Positions 1-9,255 of a stretch of DNA of 33,001 nucleotides are shown piece after piece. Source of the DNA: Candidatus Omnitrophota bacterium (GTDB taxonomy: Bacteria; Omnitrophota; Gorgyraeia; Gygaellales; Profunditerraquicolaceae); the NCBI GenBank assembly GCA_903882345.1, contig CAIRWO010000149.1, positions 1 to 33,001 on the forward strand, written 5' to 3'. Both the position numbers and the translations under genes were made by a program. The notes beneath the pieces were generated by a model that saw only the letters and a list, made by a program, of their open reading frames with translations, did not search any database and had not been told where the DNA came from. Positions within the stretch are counted from its first letter, which is position 1. Every line of letters begins with the position of its first letter.

Positions 1-1
1 G

Positions 2-490
2 GATATGTTTATAGCTCTGCTATGCATTTCCCTTGCGGGCATCGTCCTTGGTTTTTTACTGCGAAATTTTCCCCGGGCAGAAATTTACATGGGCAATTGC
101 GGTAGCCATTTCCTCGGGTTCGTCTTAGCCGTAATTGCGATCGCGGTAAGCTATGCGCCCGCAGAGCACAAGGTTGCCTTGTTCAGCCCGTTATTGATCA
201 TGGGCCTGCCTATTTTTGATACCTCATTTGTGACCTTGATGAGGATCGCCAAGGGCAGATCCGCGCTGATGAAAAGCAATGATCATCTGGCGCTGAGGTT
301 TTTAAAAGCGGGGTACTCCAAAAAGAGGACTTTATTCTACATCTTAGCCCTGTGCGTATTTTTTGCCTCTTGCGGCATATTGCTGGTCCGCGTTTCTAAC
401 TTTACGGGGCTTATGCTTATCGGTATCGTAACCGTTATGTGCGTAGCGTTAACGATAATAATGAGCAGGGTGCGTATTGATGACAGTTAA
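2..490 (+). CDS. Glycosyltransferase family 4 (WecA/MraY-like polyprenyl-phosphate sugar-1-phosphate transferase), C-terminal fragment open at the window edge
   Basis: The frame is open to base 2. The product is a multi-pass hydrophobic protein with MGNCGSHFLGF, which resembles the MGDxGS motif region of the MraY/WecA family. Confidence 0.6.
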   Translation, partial: DMFIALLCISLAGIVLGFLLRNFPRAEIYMGNCGSHFLGFVLAVIAIAVSYAPAEHKVALFSPLLIMGLPIFDTSFVTLMRIAKGRSALMKSNDHLALRFLKAGYSKKRTLFYILALCVFFASCGILLVRVSNFTGLMLIGIVTVMCVALTIIMSRVRIDDS

Positions 491-498
491 TATTTTCC

Positions 499-526
499 TT
501 GACTTAGGTTTCGAAAGTAATATAAT
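499..526 (+). promoter_or_regulatory. Candidate sigma70-type promoter (TTGACT, 16-nt spacer, TATAAT) upstream of the TPR gene
   Basis: TTGACT is at 499-504 and TATAAT at 521-526. The ATG at 538 lies only 11 nt after the -10 box and has no SD, so a very short leader is implied. Confidence 0.4.
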
Positions 527-537
527 ACAGCCAACAG

Positions 538-1344
538 ATGTATAATTCCTTCCCGGCCACCTTCAAAAACATTACTGTAAGAGTTATTGTCTCTGCGCTA
601 TTCATTTGGGGATTGATTTTGCCGTTTCCTGCTAAAACCGCCAGCGCCGCCGGCGGGGCGTTGGGAAAACTCGACGCAAAAAAAAGCTTATTTTCCGGTA
701 TCTATTCTGATGAGGAAAACGTGTCTACCGCCTTACAGAGAGAAGCCAGAGACTACCGGCAGCAAGGCGTAGAATACCAGAGGATAGACGATCTTGATAC
801 GGCGATGGTTTGCTATCAAAAGGCGATAGAGTTAGACCCCAGCTATACCGTTGCCTATAATGACTTAGGGATTATTTATGAAGCAAAAGGCACGCCTGAC
901 CGCGCGGAAGAGAGTTATTTAAAGGCGGTTAAGATAAACCCCAACTATTTGAGTTCTTATTCAAACCTGGCGTTACTCTATGAAAGCAAGCGCGACCTGC
1001 TGAAGGCCGCCGAGTATTGGCAAAAGCGGGTGGAACTCGGGCCTGTCAATGATCCCTGGACAGAAAAGGCCAAGACAAGATTGAACGATATACGGCTTGT
1101 GCTTGAGGATAAACCAGTAAACCCGGGAGAAGATAACGTACTTAGCTTAATGAATGATGTGTTGGTTCAGAAGGCATCCCGCAATGAAGATAAAACGCTT
1201 GCCGGAAAGCGCCCTGATAAGGCAAAAACGAGTTATAAAAAAGGAGACAACGTAGAGGCATATAATGTCAGGTCACCGGACCTTGCCAATCAAGGGGTTG
1301 ACGAACTTCTGGACAAGGTTCAGATGAGGATGTTGTCAAGATAA
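538..1344 (+). CDS. Secreted TPR-repeat protein
   Basis: It has an N-terminal hydrophobic signal-like segment ending AKTASAAG. Several TPR-like units follow (AYNDLGIIYEAKG, YSNLALLYESKRDLLKAAEYWQKRVEL). Confidence 0.75.
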   Translation: MYNSFPATFKNITVRVIVSALFIWGLILPFPAKTASAAGGALGKLDAKKSLFSGIYSDEENVSTALQREARDYRQQGVEYQRIDDLDTAMVCYQKAIELDPSYTVAYNDLGIIYEAKGTPDRAEESYLKAVKINPNYLSSYSNLALLYESKRDLLKAAEYWQKRVELGPVNDPWTEKAKTRLNDIRLVLEDKPVNPGEDNVLSLMNDVLVQKASRNEDKTLAGKRPDKAKTSYKKGDNVEAYNVRSPDLANQGVDELLDKVQMRMLSR

Positions 1345-1394
1345 AAAGATTCTACAAAATTTTCCTACCAATTGATTCCCGTGCGTTTTAATCA

Positions 1395-3938
1395 ATGGAT
1401 GAAAAACGGTTATATTTAATTGATGCTACTGCTTTTTGCTACAGGGCGTTTTATGCCTTAAAAGGGCTTTCTACGTCTTTTGGCCAGCCGACAAACGCGA
1501 TCTACGGCTTTCTTAATATGCTGAATAAGATCATAAAAGAAAAGAAACCCTATTATCTTGCAGCCTGTTTTGATGTTTCCCGGGATACCTTCCGGTTAAA
1601 GAAATTTACTGAATACAAGATCCAGCGGCCCCCGATGCCCGACGGACTAACTAGTCAGATCCCCTTGATCAAAAAACTGATTTCTGCTTACGGTATAAGC
1701 ATACTGGAGAAAGAAGGTTTTGAGGCAGATGATGTCATCGCCACAATGTCCGCAAAGGCAAAAGAGGCCGGCGTAGCCGTGACTATCGTCAGTTCCGATA
1801 AAGACGTTTTGCAACTGGTTGATGAAAACACGGTAGTTTTTAATCCTTATAAGGAAAAAGGCGTTATCCTTGATGTTAAAGGCGTAGAGGAATTTTTCGG
1901 CGTCGGCCCCGGCCAGGTAAGCGACGTTATTGCGCTGATGGGTGACAGTGTTGATAATATACCGGGCTGCCGCGGCATCGGTGAAAAAACGGCAGTAGAA
2001 TTGATCAAGGACTTTGGCAGCGTAGAAAACCTGCTTAGTAATGCCGACCGGATAAAGCAGGCAAAGGTAAAAGAGGCAATAAACTCCTCTGTCGATATTA
2101 TTAAGCTGAGCAAAGAACTGGCGCTGCTTGATAGCAAGGTTGATATAGGCTTTGACTTGGAAGGTCTCAAACCCAAGCAAGCCGATAGCAAAGAATTGTT
2201 CCGGCTTTTTAAGTATCTTGAGTTTAAGAAGCTGCTCAAAGACTTGCCGGTCCTGGATGATACGCCGGAGCAAGAAGCAGAAATTGTCTGTCTGGAGGAT
2301 AATGATTTGAAAGGCAAGTTGAGCGTAGGCGATGAGTTGTTTTTGTTTGGAGATTCCTGCGAAACCCTGGTTTTTTTTGCTAACGGTATTTTCTTTCGTC
2401 TTAAGTCCTTTGGTAAGAATGCCTCCGGTATTTTTTCGGACACTTGCATTAAAAAGATAGGCCACGATCTTAAGAAGATAAGGGTAGCGTTGGCTGGCCA
2501 GGGGATCACGTTAGGCGGAATGCATTTTGACACAATGGTCGCCGGATACCTTGTTAATCCCTCAGGCGCAGGATTTTCCCTTGCCGATTTGGCGCTGGAA
2601 TATTTGGACAGCCCCCCGCCGCTAGAGGCCCTTAACAACAGTAAGGGACTTAGCCTGCTATTACGGCTCAGGCCTGCGTTTGAAAAGATGCTTTCCGAGA
2701 GATCATTGACAAAACTTTTTTACGATACTGAAATGCCGCTGGTAGAAGTCTTGGCACGGATGGAGTTGAACGGGATCAAAGTCGATTTAAACATATTGCA
2801 GCGTCTCTCCAAGGACCTGGAGAAGAGGCTGATCTATTTGATCGATGAAATATACTCGGCCAGCGGAACGCAATTCAACATAAATTCACCAAAACAGTTG
2901 AGCCAGGTCTTATTTGAAAAACTGAAATTACCGGTAGTCAAAAGGAGTAAGACCGGACCCTCAACTGACGAAGAGGTGCTTAAAAAATTGGCACCGTCGC
3001 ACCCTTTGCCCGCTCTTTTATTAGAATATCGTCAATTAATGAAACTTAAAACCACGTATGTGGACACGCTGCCGGAATTGGTAGATCCCAAAACGGGCAG
3101 GATCCATACCTCTTTTAATCAGACGGCAACCGAAACGGGCAGGCTTAGTTCCAGTAACCCCAATTTACAGAATTTACCTATCAAGACAGAGATAGGCAGC
3201 AGGATCAGACAGGCGATCGTGGCTTCAGGGGACGGCTACCATATCCTTGCCTGCGATTATTCACAGATAGAATTAAGGATACTGGCGCATATATCCGCAG
3301 ATGAGAATTTGATCAGGGCGTTTAAAAACAACCAGGACATTCATAAGGCTACGGCGGCATTGATCTATGGGCTGGAAGAGAAAGACGTAACTGACCAGAT
3401 GAGAGAGACCGCAAAAAGAGTGAATTTTGGGATTGTTTACGGACTTACATCTTATGGGCTTTCCAAGGATCTGAACATACCGCTAGATGAAGCAGGGGCT
3501 TTCATTGACGCGTATTTTATCCGTTATCCGAAGGTCAGGGGTTACATGGAGGATCAGATCCAAAAGGCGGAAAAGGACGGCTTTGTTACGACGATCCTGG
3601 GCCGGCGCAGGTATATCCCTGAAATCAACAACAAGAATCAGGGGATCCGGCAGTTTGCCCAGCGTAAGGCGATCAATACTCCTATCCAGGGCTCGGCCAG
3701 CGATCTGATAAAATTGGCGATGATTGAAATACACAACCAGATAAATGCGAAGCAACTTGATTCCAAAATGGTGCTCCAGGTCCACGATGAGCTGGTATTT
3801 GATGTACCGGAAAAAGAGCAAGATGATTTTGCAGCAATGGTAAAAGAGCGGATGGAAAATGTCCTGCAGCTTAACGTGCCCATACGGGTGAGCGTTAAGC
3901 AGGGCAGAAACTGGCTGGAAGCGGAGGAAGCCAAATGA
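1395..3938 (+). CDS. polA: DNA polymerase I
   Basis: The 847-aa product has a 5' nuclease domain (LIDATAFCYRAFYA, GIGEKTA). It also has family A polymerase motifs (DYSQIELRILAH, RRxAKxxNFGIVYG, QVHDELVF). Confidence 0.95.
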   Translation: MDEKRLYLIDATAFCYRAFYALKGLSTSFGQPTNAIYGFLNMLNKIIKEKKPYYLAACFDVSRDTFRLKKFTEYKIQRPPMPDGLTSQIPLIKKLISAYGISILEKEGFEADDVIATMSAKAKEAGVAVTIVSSDKDVLQLVDENTVVFNPYKEKGVILDVKGVEEFFGVGPGQVSDVIALMGDSVDNIPGCRGIGEKTAVELIKDFGSVENLLSNADRIKQAKVKEAINSSVDIIKLSKELALLDSKVDIGFDLEGLKPKQADSKELFRLFKYLEFKKLLKDLPVLDDTPEQEAEIVCLEDNDLKGKLSVGDELFLFGDSCETLVFFANGIFFRLKSFGKNASGIFSDTCIKKIGHDLKKIRVALAGQGITLGGMHFDTMVAGYLVNPSGAGFSLADLALEYLDSPPPLEALNNSKGLSLLLRLRPAFEKMLSERSLTKLFYDTEMPLVEVLARMELNGIKVDLNILQRLSKDLEKRLIYLIDEIYSASGTQFNINSPKQLSQVLFEKLKLPVVKRSKTGPSTDEEVLKKLAPSHPLPALLLEYRQLMKLKTTYVDTLPELVDPKTGRIHTSFNQTATETGRLSSSNPNLQNLPIKTEIGSRIRQAIVASGDGYHILACDYSQIELRILAHISADENLIRAFKNNQDIHKATAALIYGLEEKDVTDQMRETAKRVNFGIVYGLTSYGLSKDLNIPLDEAGAFIDAYFIRYPKVRGYMEDQIQKAEKDGFVTTILGRRRYIPEINNKNQGIRQFAQRKAINTPIQGSASDLIKLAMIEIHNQINAKQLDSKMVLQVHDELVFDVPEKEQDDFAAMVKERMENVLQLNVPIRVSVKQGRNWLEAEEAK

Positions 3939-5290
3939 AGATAGCTATTTGCGCATCAGAAGTAGTGCCCTTTGCCAAGACCGGAGGCCTGGCAGATGTA
4001 ACCGGCGCCCTGCCGTTTACCTTGGAAGCGCTTGGCCACGAAGTGATCATTATCATGCCCGGCTATAAACAGATCCCTGATAAAAAATCCGTGATCGGTA
4101 AAAATATCCGGGTTTATTTTATCGAAAACGATGCCTATTTCGGCCGCGACGGCCTTTACGGAGATAAAAAAGGCGATTATAAAGATAACCTAAAAAGATT
4201 TTCTTATTATTGTAAAGAAAGCCTCAAACTGCTGAAAGAAATCGGCTTTACCCCCGATATTATACATTGCCATGACTGGCAATCGGCGCTGATCCCGGTT
4301 TATATGAAAACAATATATGCCAACGATCCTTTTTATCGCGGAGTAAAAACAGTATTCACCATACATAATCTGGGTTATCAGGGATTATTTCCCAAGGAGG
4401 AATTTCCCGAGTTGGGGCTTGATTGGAAATATTTTGACGTAGATACGCTGGAATTTTTTGGCAGGGTCAATCTTTTGAAAGGCGGGATTGTCTTTTCAGA
4501 CCTGATCAATACCGTGAGCCCGACTTATAGTAAAGAGATACAAACCAAGGAACTTGGTTTTGGCCTGGAGGGTGTCCTTACTAAGAGGCGTAACCGGCTT
4601 TTTGGGGTCTTAAACGGCATTGACTATTCGATCTGGAATCCGGCAACCGATAAGATCATCCCTGCTGGTTATTCTTTATCGGACATGAACGGTAAAATGG
4701 AAGACAAAAAACAGCTGCAGCAGCTTTGCGGACTGCCTTTAAATAAAGATATTCCATTGCTGGGGATCGTTTCTCGCCTGGCTGAAGCAAAAGGGTTTGA
4801 TCTGTTAGCGCAGATAATGGATACACTCTGCAAGATGGATCTGCAGATCGTAATATTAGGTACAGGCGATTTAAAATATCATAAACTTTTGTCTGATGTC
4901 GCAAAAAAATATTCCCGGGTTATGTCTTTGCAGCTTAAATTCGACGATGCGCTGGCGCATAAAATATACGCGGGCGCGGATATTTTTCTTATGCCTTCCA
5001 GTTACGAACCCTGCGGCCTTGGGCAGTTGATAAGTTTAAGATACGCCACGATACCTGTCGTGTTTAAGACGGGGGGACTGGCCGATACGGTAAACGCTAG
5101 CCACGGTTTTGTTTTTAAGCGCTACAAAAAAGAAGATTTAATGCATTCGTTAAAAAGTGCGCTGAAGGCATTCAGCGATAAGGATAAATGGAACAAATTA
5201 ATGGTTAACGCGATGAAGTGCGATTTTTCCTGGGAAGAATCGGCAAGGGAATATGTCCGTTTGTATGAAGAAGCAGGTAAGCCTGAATAA
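3935..5290 (+). CDS. glgA: Glycogen/starch synthase (GT5)
   Basis: The N-terminus MKIAICASEVVPFAKTGGLADV carries the KTGGL motif. The C-terminus has PSxYEPCGL and GGLADTV. An ATGA overlap joins it to the polA stop. Confidence 0.9.
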   Translation: MKIAICASEVVPFAKTGGLADVTGALPFTLEALGHEVIIIMPGYKQIPDKKSVIGKNIRVYFIENDAYFGRDGLYGDKKGDYKDNLKRFSYYCKESLKLLKEIGFTPDIIHCHDWQSALIPVYMKTIYANDPFYRGVKTVFTIHNLGYQGLFPKEEFPELGLDWKYFDVDTLEFFGRVNLLKGGIVFSDLINTVSPTYSKEIQTKELGFGLEGVLTKRRNRLFGVLNGIDYSIWNPATDKIIPAGYSLSDMNGKMEDKKQLQQLCGLPLNKDIPLLGIVSRLAEAKGFDLLAQIMDTLCKMDLQIVILGTGDLKYHKLLSDVAKKYSRVMSLQLKFDDALAHKIYAGADIFLMPSSYEPCGLGQLISLRYATIPVVFKTGGLADTVNASHGFVFKRYKKEDLMHSLKSALKAFSDKDKWNKLMVNAMKCDFSWEESAREYVRLYEEAGKPE

Positions 5291-5879
5291 AAAGATAGTG
5301 CTGGGTATAACCGGCGGGTTCGGCACCGGCAAGAGCACAGTAGCCGGATATTTCCGGCGTTTTGGCGCCAAGGTAGTTGACGCGGATAAGATCGTCCATG
5401 ACCTGATTAAGCCCGGCTCAAGTGTATACAAAAAGATCATTACCGGCTTTGGCAGGGAAATGCTTAAAAAGGACAGAAGCATTGACCGGGCCAGGTTAGC
5501 GCGGTTGGTATTCAGCGATCGCAGGCTCCTGGACAAATTAAACAGGATTATCCATCCGCAAGTCATAAAGATAATGAAGAAAGAGATCGCTTCAGCCCGG
5601 GGAAAAATCGTCGTCCTGGACGTGCCTTTGCTTTTTGAGGCGGGGCTTAAGCGGCTGGCGGATAAAGTAGTTGTTGTAACGGCAAGCAGGGAAATTCAGC
5701 TTCGGCGTATTTTTAAAAAAACCTCTCTTCTTGAAAAGGATATTTTAATGCGGATAAAGGCGCAGCTGCCTCTATCCACTAAGGTCCGCAGGGCGGATTT
5801 TGTAATAGATAATAATAGAACGCAAAACTGGACAAAAAAACAAGTTGTGAATTTAAGGAGGATGTTGTGGAAAAATTAG
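5253..5879 (+). CDS. coaE: Dephospho-CoA kinase
   Basis: It has the P-loop [12 protein letters not shown] and IIHPQV, typical of CoaE. The start could instead be the ATG at 5265; both candidate starts overlap the glgA 3' end. Confidence 0.85.
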   Translation: MSVCMKKQVSLNKKIVLGITGGFGTGKSTVAGYFRRFGAKVVDADKIVHDLIKPGSSVYKKIITGFGREMLKKDRSIDRARLARLVFSDRRLLDKLNRIIHPQVIKIMKKEIASARGKIVVLDVPLLFEAGLKRLADKVVVVTASREIQLRRIFKKTSLLEKDILMRIKAQLPLSTKVRRADFVIDNNRTQNWTKKQVVNLRRMLWKN

Positions 5880-7123
5880 ACATTGGAAAACTTAAACAAA
5901 TGAAAATTACCGAGCTCAACAAGCTGGCAAAAGAATTGAATGTCAACGGCATGAGCGGGCTTAAGAAGCAGGACCTGATATTTAAGATCTTGCAGGGGCA
6001 GGCAGAAAAAGAAGGGCTGATGTTCGGGGAAGGGATATTGGAGATCCTTCCGGAAGGGTTCGGTTTTTTAAGGAGCCCGAACTACAATTATCTGCCTTGT
6101 CCGGATGACATATACATTTCTCCGTCGCAGATCAGGAAATTCGACCTGCGCACGGGAGACACGGTGAGCGGTGAAATCCGTCCGCCTAAAGAGGGAGAAA
6201 AATATTTTGCCCTGCTTAAGGTGCAGGCGGTGAATTTTGAAAATCCCGAAGATGTAAAAGAGAAAATACTCTTTGATAATCTTACGCCGGTTTATCCGCG
6301 GGAACACTTTGTCCTAGAGACTAACCCTAAAGAGGTATCGATGCGCATAATGGACCTTTTAGCGCCTATCGGTAAGGGCCAGCGCGGCCTGATCGTCGCC
6401 CAGCCCTACAGCGGTAAAACCGTGCTGCTGCAGAAGATCGCCAACGCCATCACCACCAATCAACCCGACACGATACTGATCGTGCTCTTGATCGATGAGC
6501 GGCCGGAGGAAGTCACGGATATGCAGCGTAACGTAAAAGGCGAAGTAATATCCTCTACCTTTGACGAGCCGCCGGAAAGGCACGTCCAGGTTGCGGAAAT
6601 CGTCCTTGAGAAGGCTAAGCGGCTTGTCGAGCATAAGAGGGACGTCGTAGTACTTCTGGATAGCATCACGCGCCTGGCGCGCGCCTATAACTCCGTTGTG
6701 CCGCACAGCGGCAAGGTATTATCCGGAGGCATAGATTCCAACGCCCTGCAGAAACCCAAACGCTTTTTCGGAGCGGCACGCGCGATCGAAGAAGGCGGCA
6801 GCTTGACGATTATTGCCACCGCACTCGTAGATACGGGAAGCCGGATGGACGAAGTAATTTTTGAAGAGTTTAAGGGCACAGGTAACATGGAACTGCAGCT
6901 GGACAGGAATCTCTTCCAGCGCAGGATCTATCCGGCCATCGACATAAAACGTTCCAATACCCGTCATGAAGAATTGCTGCTTAAGCCGGACATTCTTCAG
7001 AAGGCCTGGATTTTGCGCAAGGTGCTTAATGAACTAAGTAACGTTGAGGCAATGGAGCTTTTGATCGAGAAACTGGCTAAGACAAAGAACAACGAGGAGT
7101 TTTTAGGGAGCATGAACCAATAG
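5867..7123 (+). CDS. rho: Transcription termination factor Rho
   Basis: A GTG start follows AAGGAGG. The product has an N-terminal Rho_N domain ([11 protein letters not shown]), an RNA-binding domain (GFGFLR), Walker A (GKT) and a RecA-like ATPase core. Confidence 0.95.
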   Translation: MEKLDIGKLKQMKITELNKLAKELNVNGMSGLKKQDLIFKILQGQAEKEGLMFGEGILEILPEGFGFLRSPNYNYLPCPDDIYISPSQIRKFDLRTGDTVSGEIRPPKEGEKYFALLKVQAVNFENPEDVKEKILFDNLTPVYPREHFVLETNPKEVSMRIMDLLAPIGKGQRGLIVAQPYSGKTVLLQKIANAITTNQPDTILIVLLIDERPEEVTDMQRNVKGEVISSTFDEPPERHVQVAEIVLEKAKRLVEHKRDVVVLLDSITRLARAYNSVVPHSGKVLSGGIDSNALQKPKRFFGAARAIEEGGSLTIIATALVDTGSRMDEVIFEEFKGTGNMELQLDRNLFQRRIYPAIDIKRSNTRHEELLLKPDILQKAWILRKVLNELSNVEAMELLIEKLAKTKNNEEFLGSMNQ

Positions 7124-7125
7124 AG

Positions 7126-7172
7126 ACACCCGAACCTATAGGATGGTTCGGTGTGCGTTTACTACGCAAGGA
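7126..7172 (+). repeat. Two-hairpin intercistronic element, copy A (rho-rpmE spacer)
   Basis: Hairpin 1 is ACACCCGAACC-TATAGGAT-GGTTCGGTGT. Hairpin 2 is TGCGT-TTACT-ACGCA. The element ends in AAGGA, which is the rpmE SD. The first 31 nt are identical to the copy at 24144. Confidence 0.75.
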
Positions 7173-7180
7173 GGTTTCAA

Positions 7181-7381
7181 ATGAAAGACAAGATTCATCC
7201 CAAGTATCAGGACTGTGTGATTGTTTGCGCATGCGGCAATACCATACATACCCGTTCGACAAAACCGAATATCCGGGTTGAGGTGTGCTCTAAATGCCAT
7301 CCTTTTTTCAGCGGTAAGCAAAAGTTCGTTGATTCCGCCGGTAGGGTAGATAAATTTATCAAGAAATACGCAAAGAAATAA
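7181..7381 (+). CDS. rpmE: 50S ribosomal protein L31 (Zn-ribbon type)
   Basis: MKDKIHPKY... carries CxC and CxxC cysteine pairs. The ATG at 7181 is preceded by AAGGAGG. The track start at 7151 (GTG) lies inside the repeat element and is unlikely. Confidence 0.9.
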   Translation: MKDKIHPKYQDCVIVCACGNTIHTRSTKPNIRVEVCSKCHPFFSGKQKFVDSAGRVDKFIKKYAKK

Positions 7382-7409
7382 TTATTATCAGTTAATCAGT
7401 ATATGGTGA

Positions 7410-8474
7410 ATGGCTATGATTGAACAATTAGTAAAGCTGGAAAAGCGCTACGAGGAACTTGAACAGCTTTTAGGCAAACAGGAAGTTGTCGCAGACCAAG
7501 AGACATGCAACCGCTATGCCAAGGAGCTGTCGGATCTTAGTGAACCGGTAATGCTTTTCAGGCAGTACAAGAATCTTTCCAAGCAGGCCGATGACCTGGA
7601 GCATGTTTTTAAAGAAAAACACGACAAGGAATTTTTAGAGCTTGCGGTAGCGGAAGTAGCAAGCCTGAAAATTCAGAAGTCGGGACTGGAAGAGAAACTA
7701 AAAGTTCTGCTTGCCGGTGAAGACAAGGATATGGGTATCGACTTAATCGTAGAGATACGTCAAGGTACCGGCGGAGGCGAGGCAGCGTTGTTTGCCGCTG
7801 ATCTTTACCGCATGTATTCGCAGTATGCAGCGGCTAAAGGTTGGCAAATCGAATTGATGTCGGGCAGCCCTACGGAATTAGGGGGGTTTAAAGAAGTCGT
7901 TTTTAGCGTAAAAGGAAAAGACGCCTATAAGCGGCTTAAGTTTGAAAGCGGCGTGCACCGCGTCCAGCGCGTACCCGAGACCGAGGCGCAGGGCAGGATC
8001 CATACTTCGACGGCTACCGTGGCAGTGCTTGCCGAACCCAAGGAGGTGGATCTGGTTGTTGAACAGAAAGACCTGCGTATCGATACATACCGTTCTTCCG
8101 GGCCGGGAGGCCAGCACATGCAGAAGACCGATTCTGCGGTGCGCATTACGCACATACCTACCGGCCTTGTAGTTGCCTGTCAGGATGAGCGCTCCCAGCT
8201 AAAAAACAAGACTAAGGCAATGCGTATTCTCGGGGCGCGGCTCCTCGATATAAGGCGAGAGGCGGAGATAAGAAAGGCTTCGCAGGAGAGAAAATCCCAG
8301 ATCGGCTCAGGCGACAGAAGCGAAAAGATACGTACTTATAATTTTCCCGACCGCAGGGTTACCGACCACCGGATAAACTTTACCTCGCACAGGCTGGAGG
8401 CGATCCTTGACGGAGATCTGGACGAATTATCGGATGCCTTAATCAAGGCAGCCGAGGAGAAAAAGCATGAATGA
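7410..8474 (+). CDS. prfA: Peptide chain release factor 1
   Basis: It has the GGQ motif (SGPGGQHMQKT) and an RF1-type PxT tripeptide region (RVPETEAQGRIHTS). Confidence 0.95.
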   Translation: MAMIEQLVKLEKRYEELEQLLGKQEVVADQETCNRYAKELSDLSEPVMLFRQYKNLSKQADDLEHVFKEKHDKEFLELAVAEVASLKIQKSGLEEKLKVLLAGEDKDMGIDLIVEIRQGTGGGEAALFAADLYRMYSQYAAAKGWQIELMSGSPTELGGFKEVVFSVKGKDAYKRLKFESGVHRVQRVPETEAQGRIHTSTATVAVLAEPKEVDLVVEQKDLRIDTYRSSGPGGQHMQKTDSAVRITHIPTGLVVACQDERSQLKNKTKAMRILGARLLDIRREAEIRKASQERKSQIGSGDRSEKIRTYNFPDRRVTDHRINFTSHRLEAILDGDLDELSDALIKAAEEKKHE

Positions 8475-9255
8475 GGCAGAGCTGCTTTTCAGCAGTGTTC
8501 TAAATTGCAACCGGATGTCTTTGTATCTGGATAGACAGAGGCTCCTGACAAATGATGAATCTGAGGCTATTGCCCTAGCTTTGAAGAGAAGGATTGCCGG
8601 AGAGCCGCTTGAGTACATATTGGCTAGCACAGAATTTATGGGCCTTGAGTTTAAGCTAAGCCCGGATGTGCTTATCCCGCGGCCGGAAACGGAGATACTC
8701 GTTGAGACGGTGATTAGGCAAGCCAGGGCAGCTGATAATGCAAAAATCCTTGATTTAGGCACGGGCTCAGGATGTATTGCCGTATCTCTGGCGAAGTTCA
8801 TTTCGGACTCAAAGATTACGGCAACCGATATCTCGGTTAAGGCGCTGGAGATTGCCGCGGCTAATGCGGGGTTTCACAACGTTAAGATAAATTTTCTCTG
8901 TAGTGATTTATTTACAAGTCTTTCTTTGTCGCAATATAAATATGATATTATCGTATCAAATCCTCCATATATAGTAACTGAGGAAATCTGGCAACTGCAG
9001 CCGGAATTGCAATACGAACCGCTGGTTGCCTTAGACGCAGGTCCTGACGGTTTGGAGTTTTATCGCCGCATCATTGATAAGGCGCCGGATCATCTGGAGA
9101 AGGGCGGGTTTCTGGTTATGGAGATGGGGTTTGGCCAGCGCAAAGCAGTAGAAAATATTTTTAAAAAATCAAAAAAATTTGAGATAATAGAAATAGTCGC
9201 GGATTATAACGGTATAGACAGGGTGATCGTAGCGAGGAGACAGACAGGTGGATAA
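8467..9255 (+). CDS. prmC: Release-factor glutamine N5-methyltransferase
   Basis: It has a SAM-binding LDLGTGSGCIA motif and the NPPY motif (IVSNPPYI). It lies immediately downstream of prfA and overlaps it. Confidence 0.9.
   Translation: MNEAELLFSSVLNCNRMSLYLDRQRLLTNDESEAIALALKRRIAGEPLEYILASTEFMGLEFKLSPDVLIPRPETEILVETVIRQARAADNAKILDLGTGSGCIAVSLAKFISDSKITATDISVKALEIAAANAGFHNVKINFLCSDLFTSLSLSQYKYDIIVSNPPYIVTEEIWQLQPELQYEPLVALDAGPDGLEFYRRIIDKAPDHLEKGGFLVMEMGFGQRKAVENIFKKSKKFEIIEIVADYNGIDRVIVARRQTGG

Noticed and set aside
1647-2638. Long minus-strand ORFs (272 and 263 aa) inside polA
   Set aside because: They lie entirely antisense to a confidently identified polA. Their low-complexity composition shows no recognisable motifs, so they are shadow ORFs.
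7137-7154. GGATGGTTCGGTGT resembles a tRNA T-arm (GGTTCGAATCC), which suggested a tRNA fragment or tRNA-derived repeat
   Set aside because: No acceptor, D or anticodon arms can be drawn. Here GGTTC forms a stem with GAACC, not a T-loop.
7151-7180. N-terminal extensions of track ORFs, namely rpmE at 7151, also 27193, 28565, 29571, 30623 and 19654
   Set aside because: Each extension overlaps the upstream gene or a structured element. Each has an internal start with a better SD that also matches the family N-terminus ([21 protein letters not shown] signal peptide, MFILANLL, VNLNNF, MRILDRYI).
7077-7262. The minus-strand 61-aa ORF shares the peptide [11 protein letters not shown] with the minus-strand ORF at 24049-24399, which could look like a small protein family
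   Set aside because: The shared peptide is just the antisense translation of the repeated two-hairpin DNA element. Both ORFs otherwise overlap real plus-strand genes (rho/rpmE and GT39).
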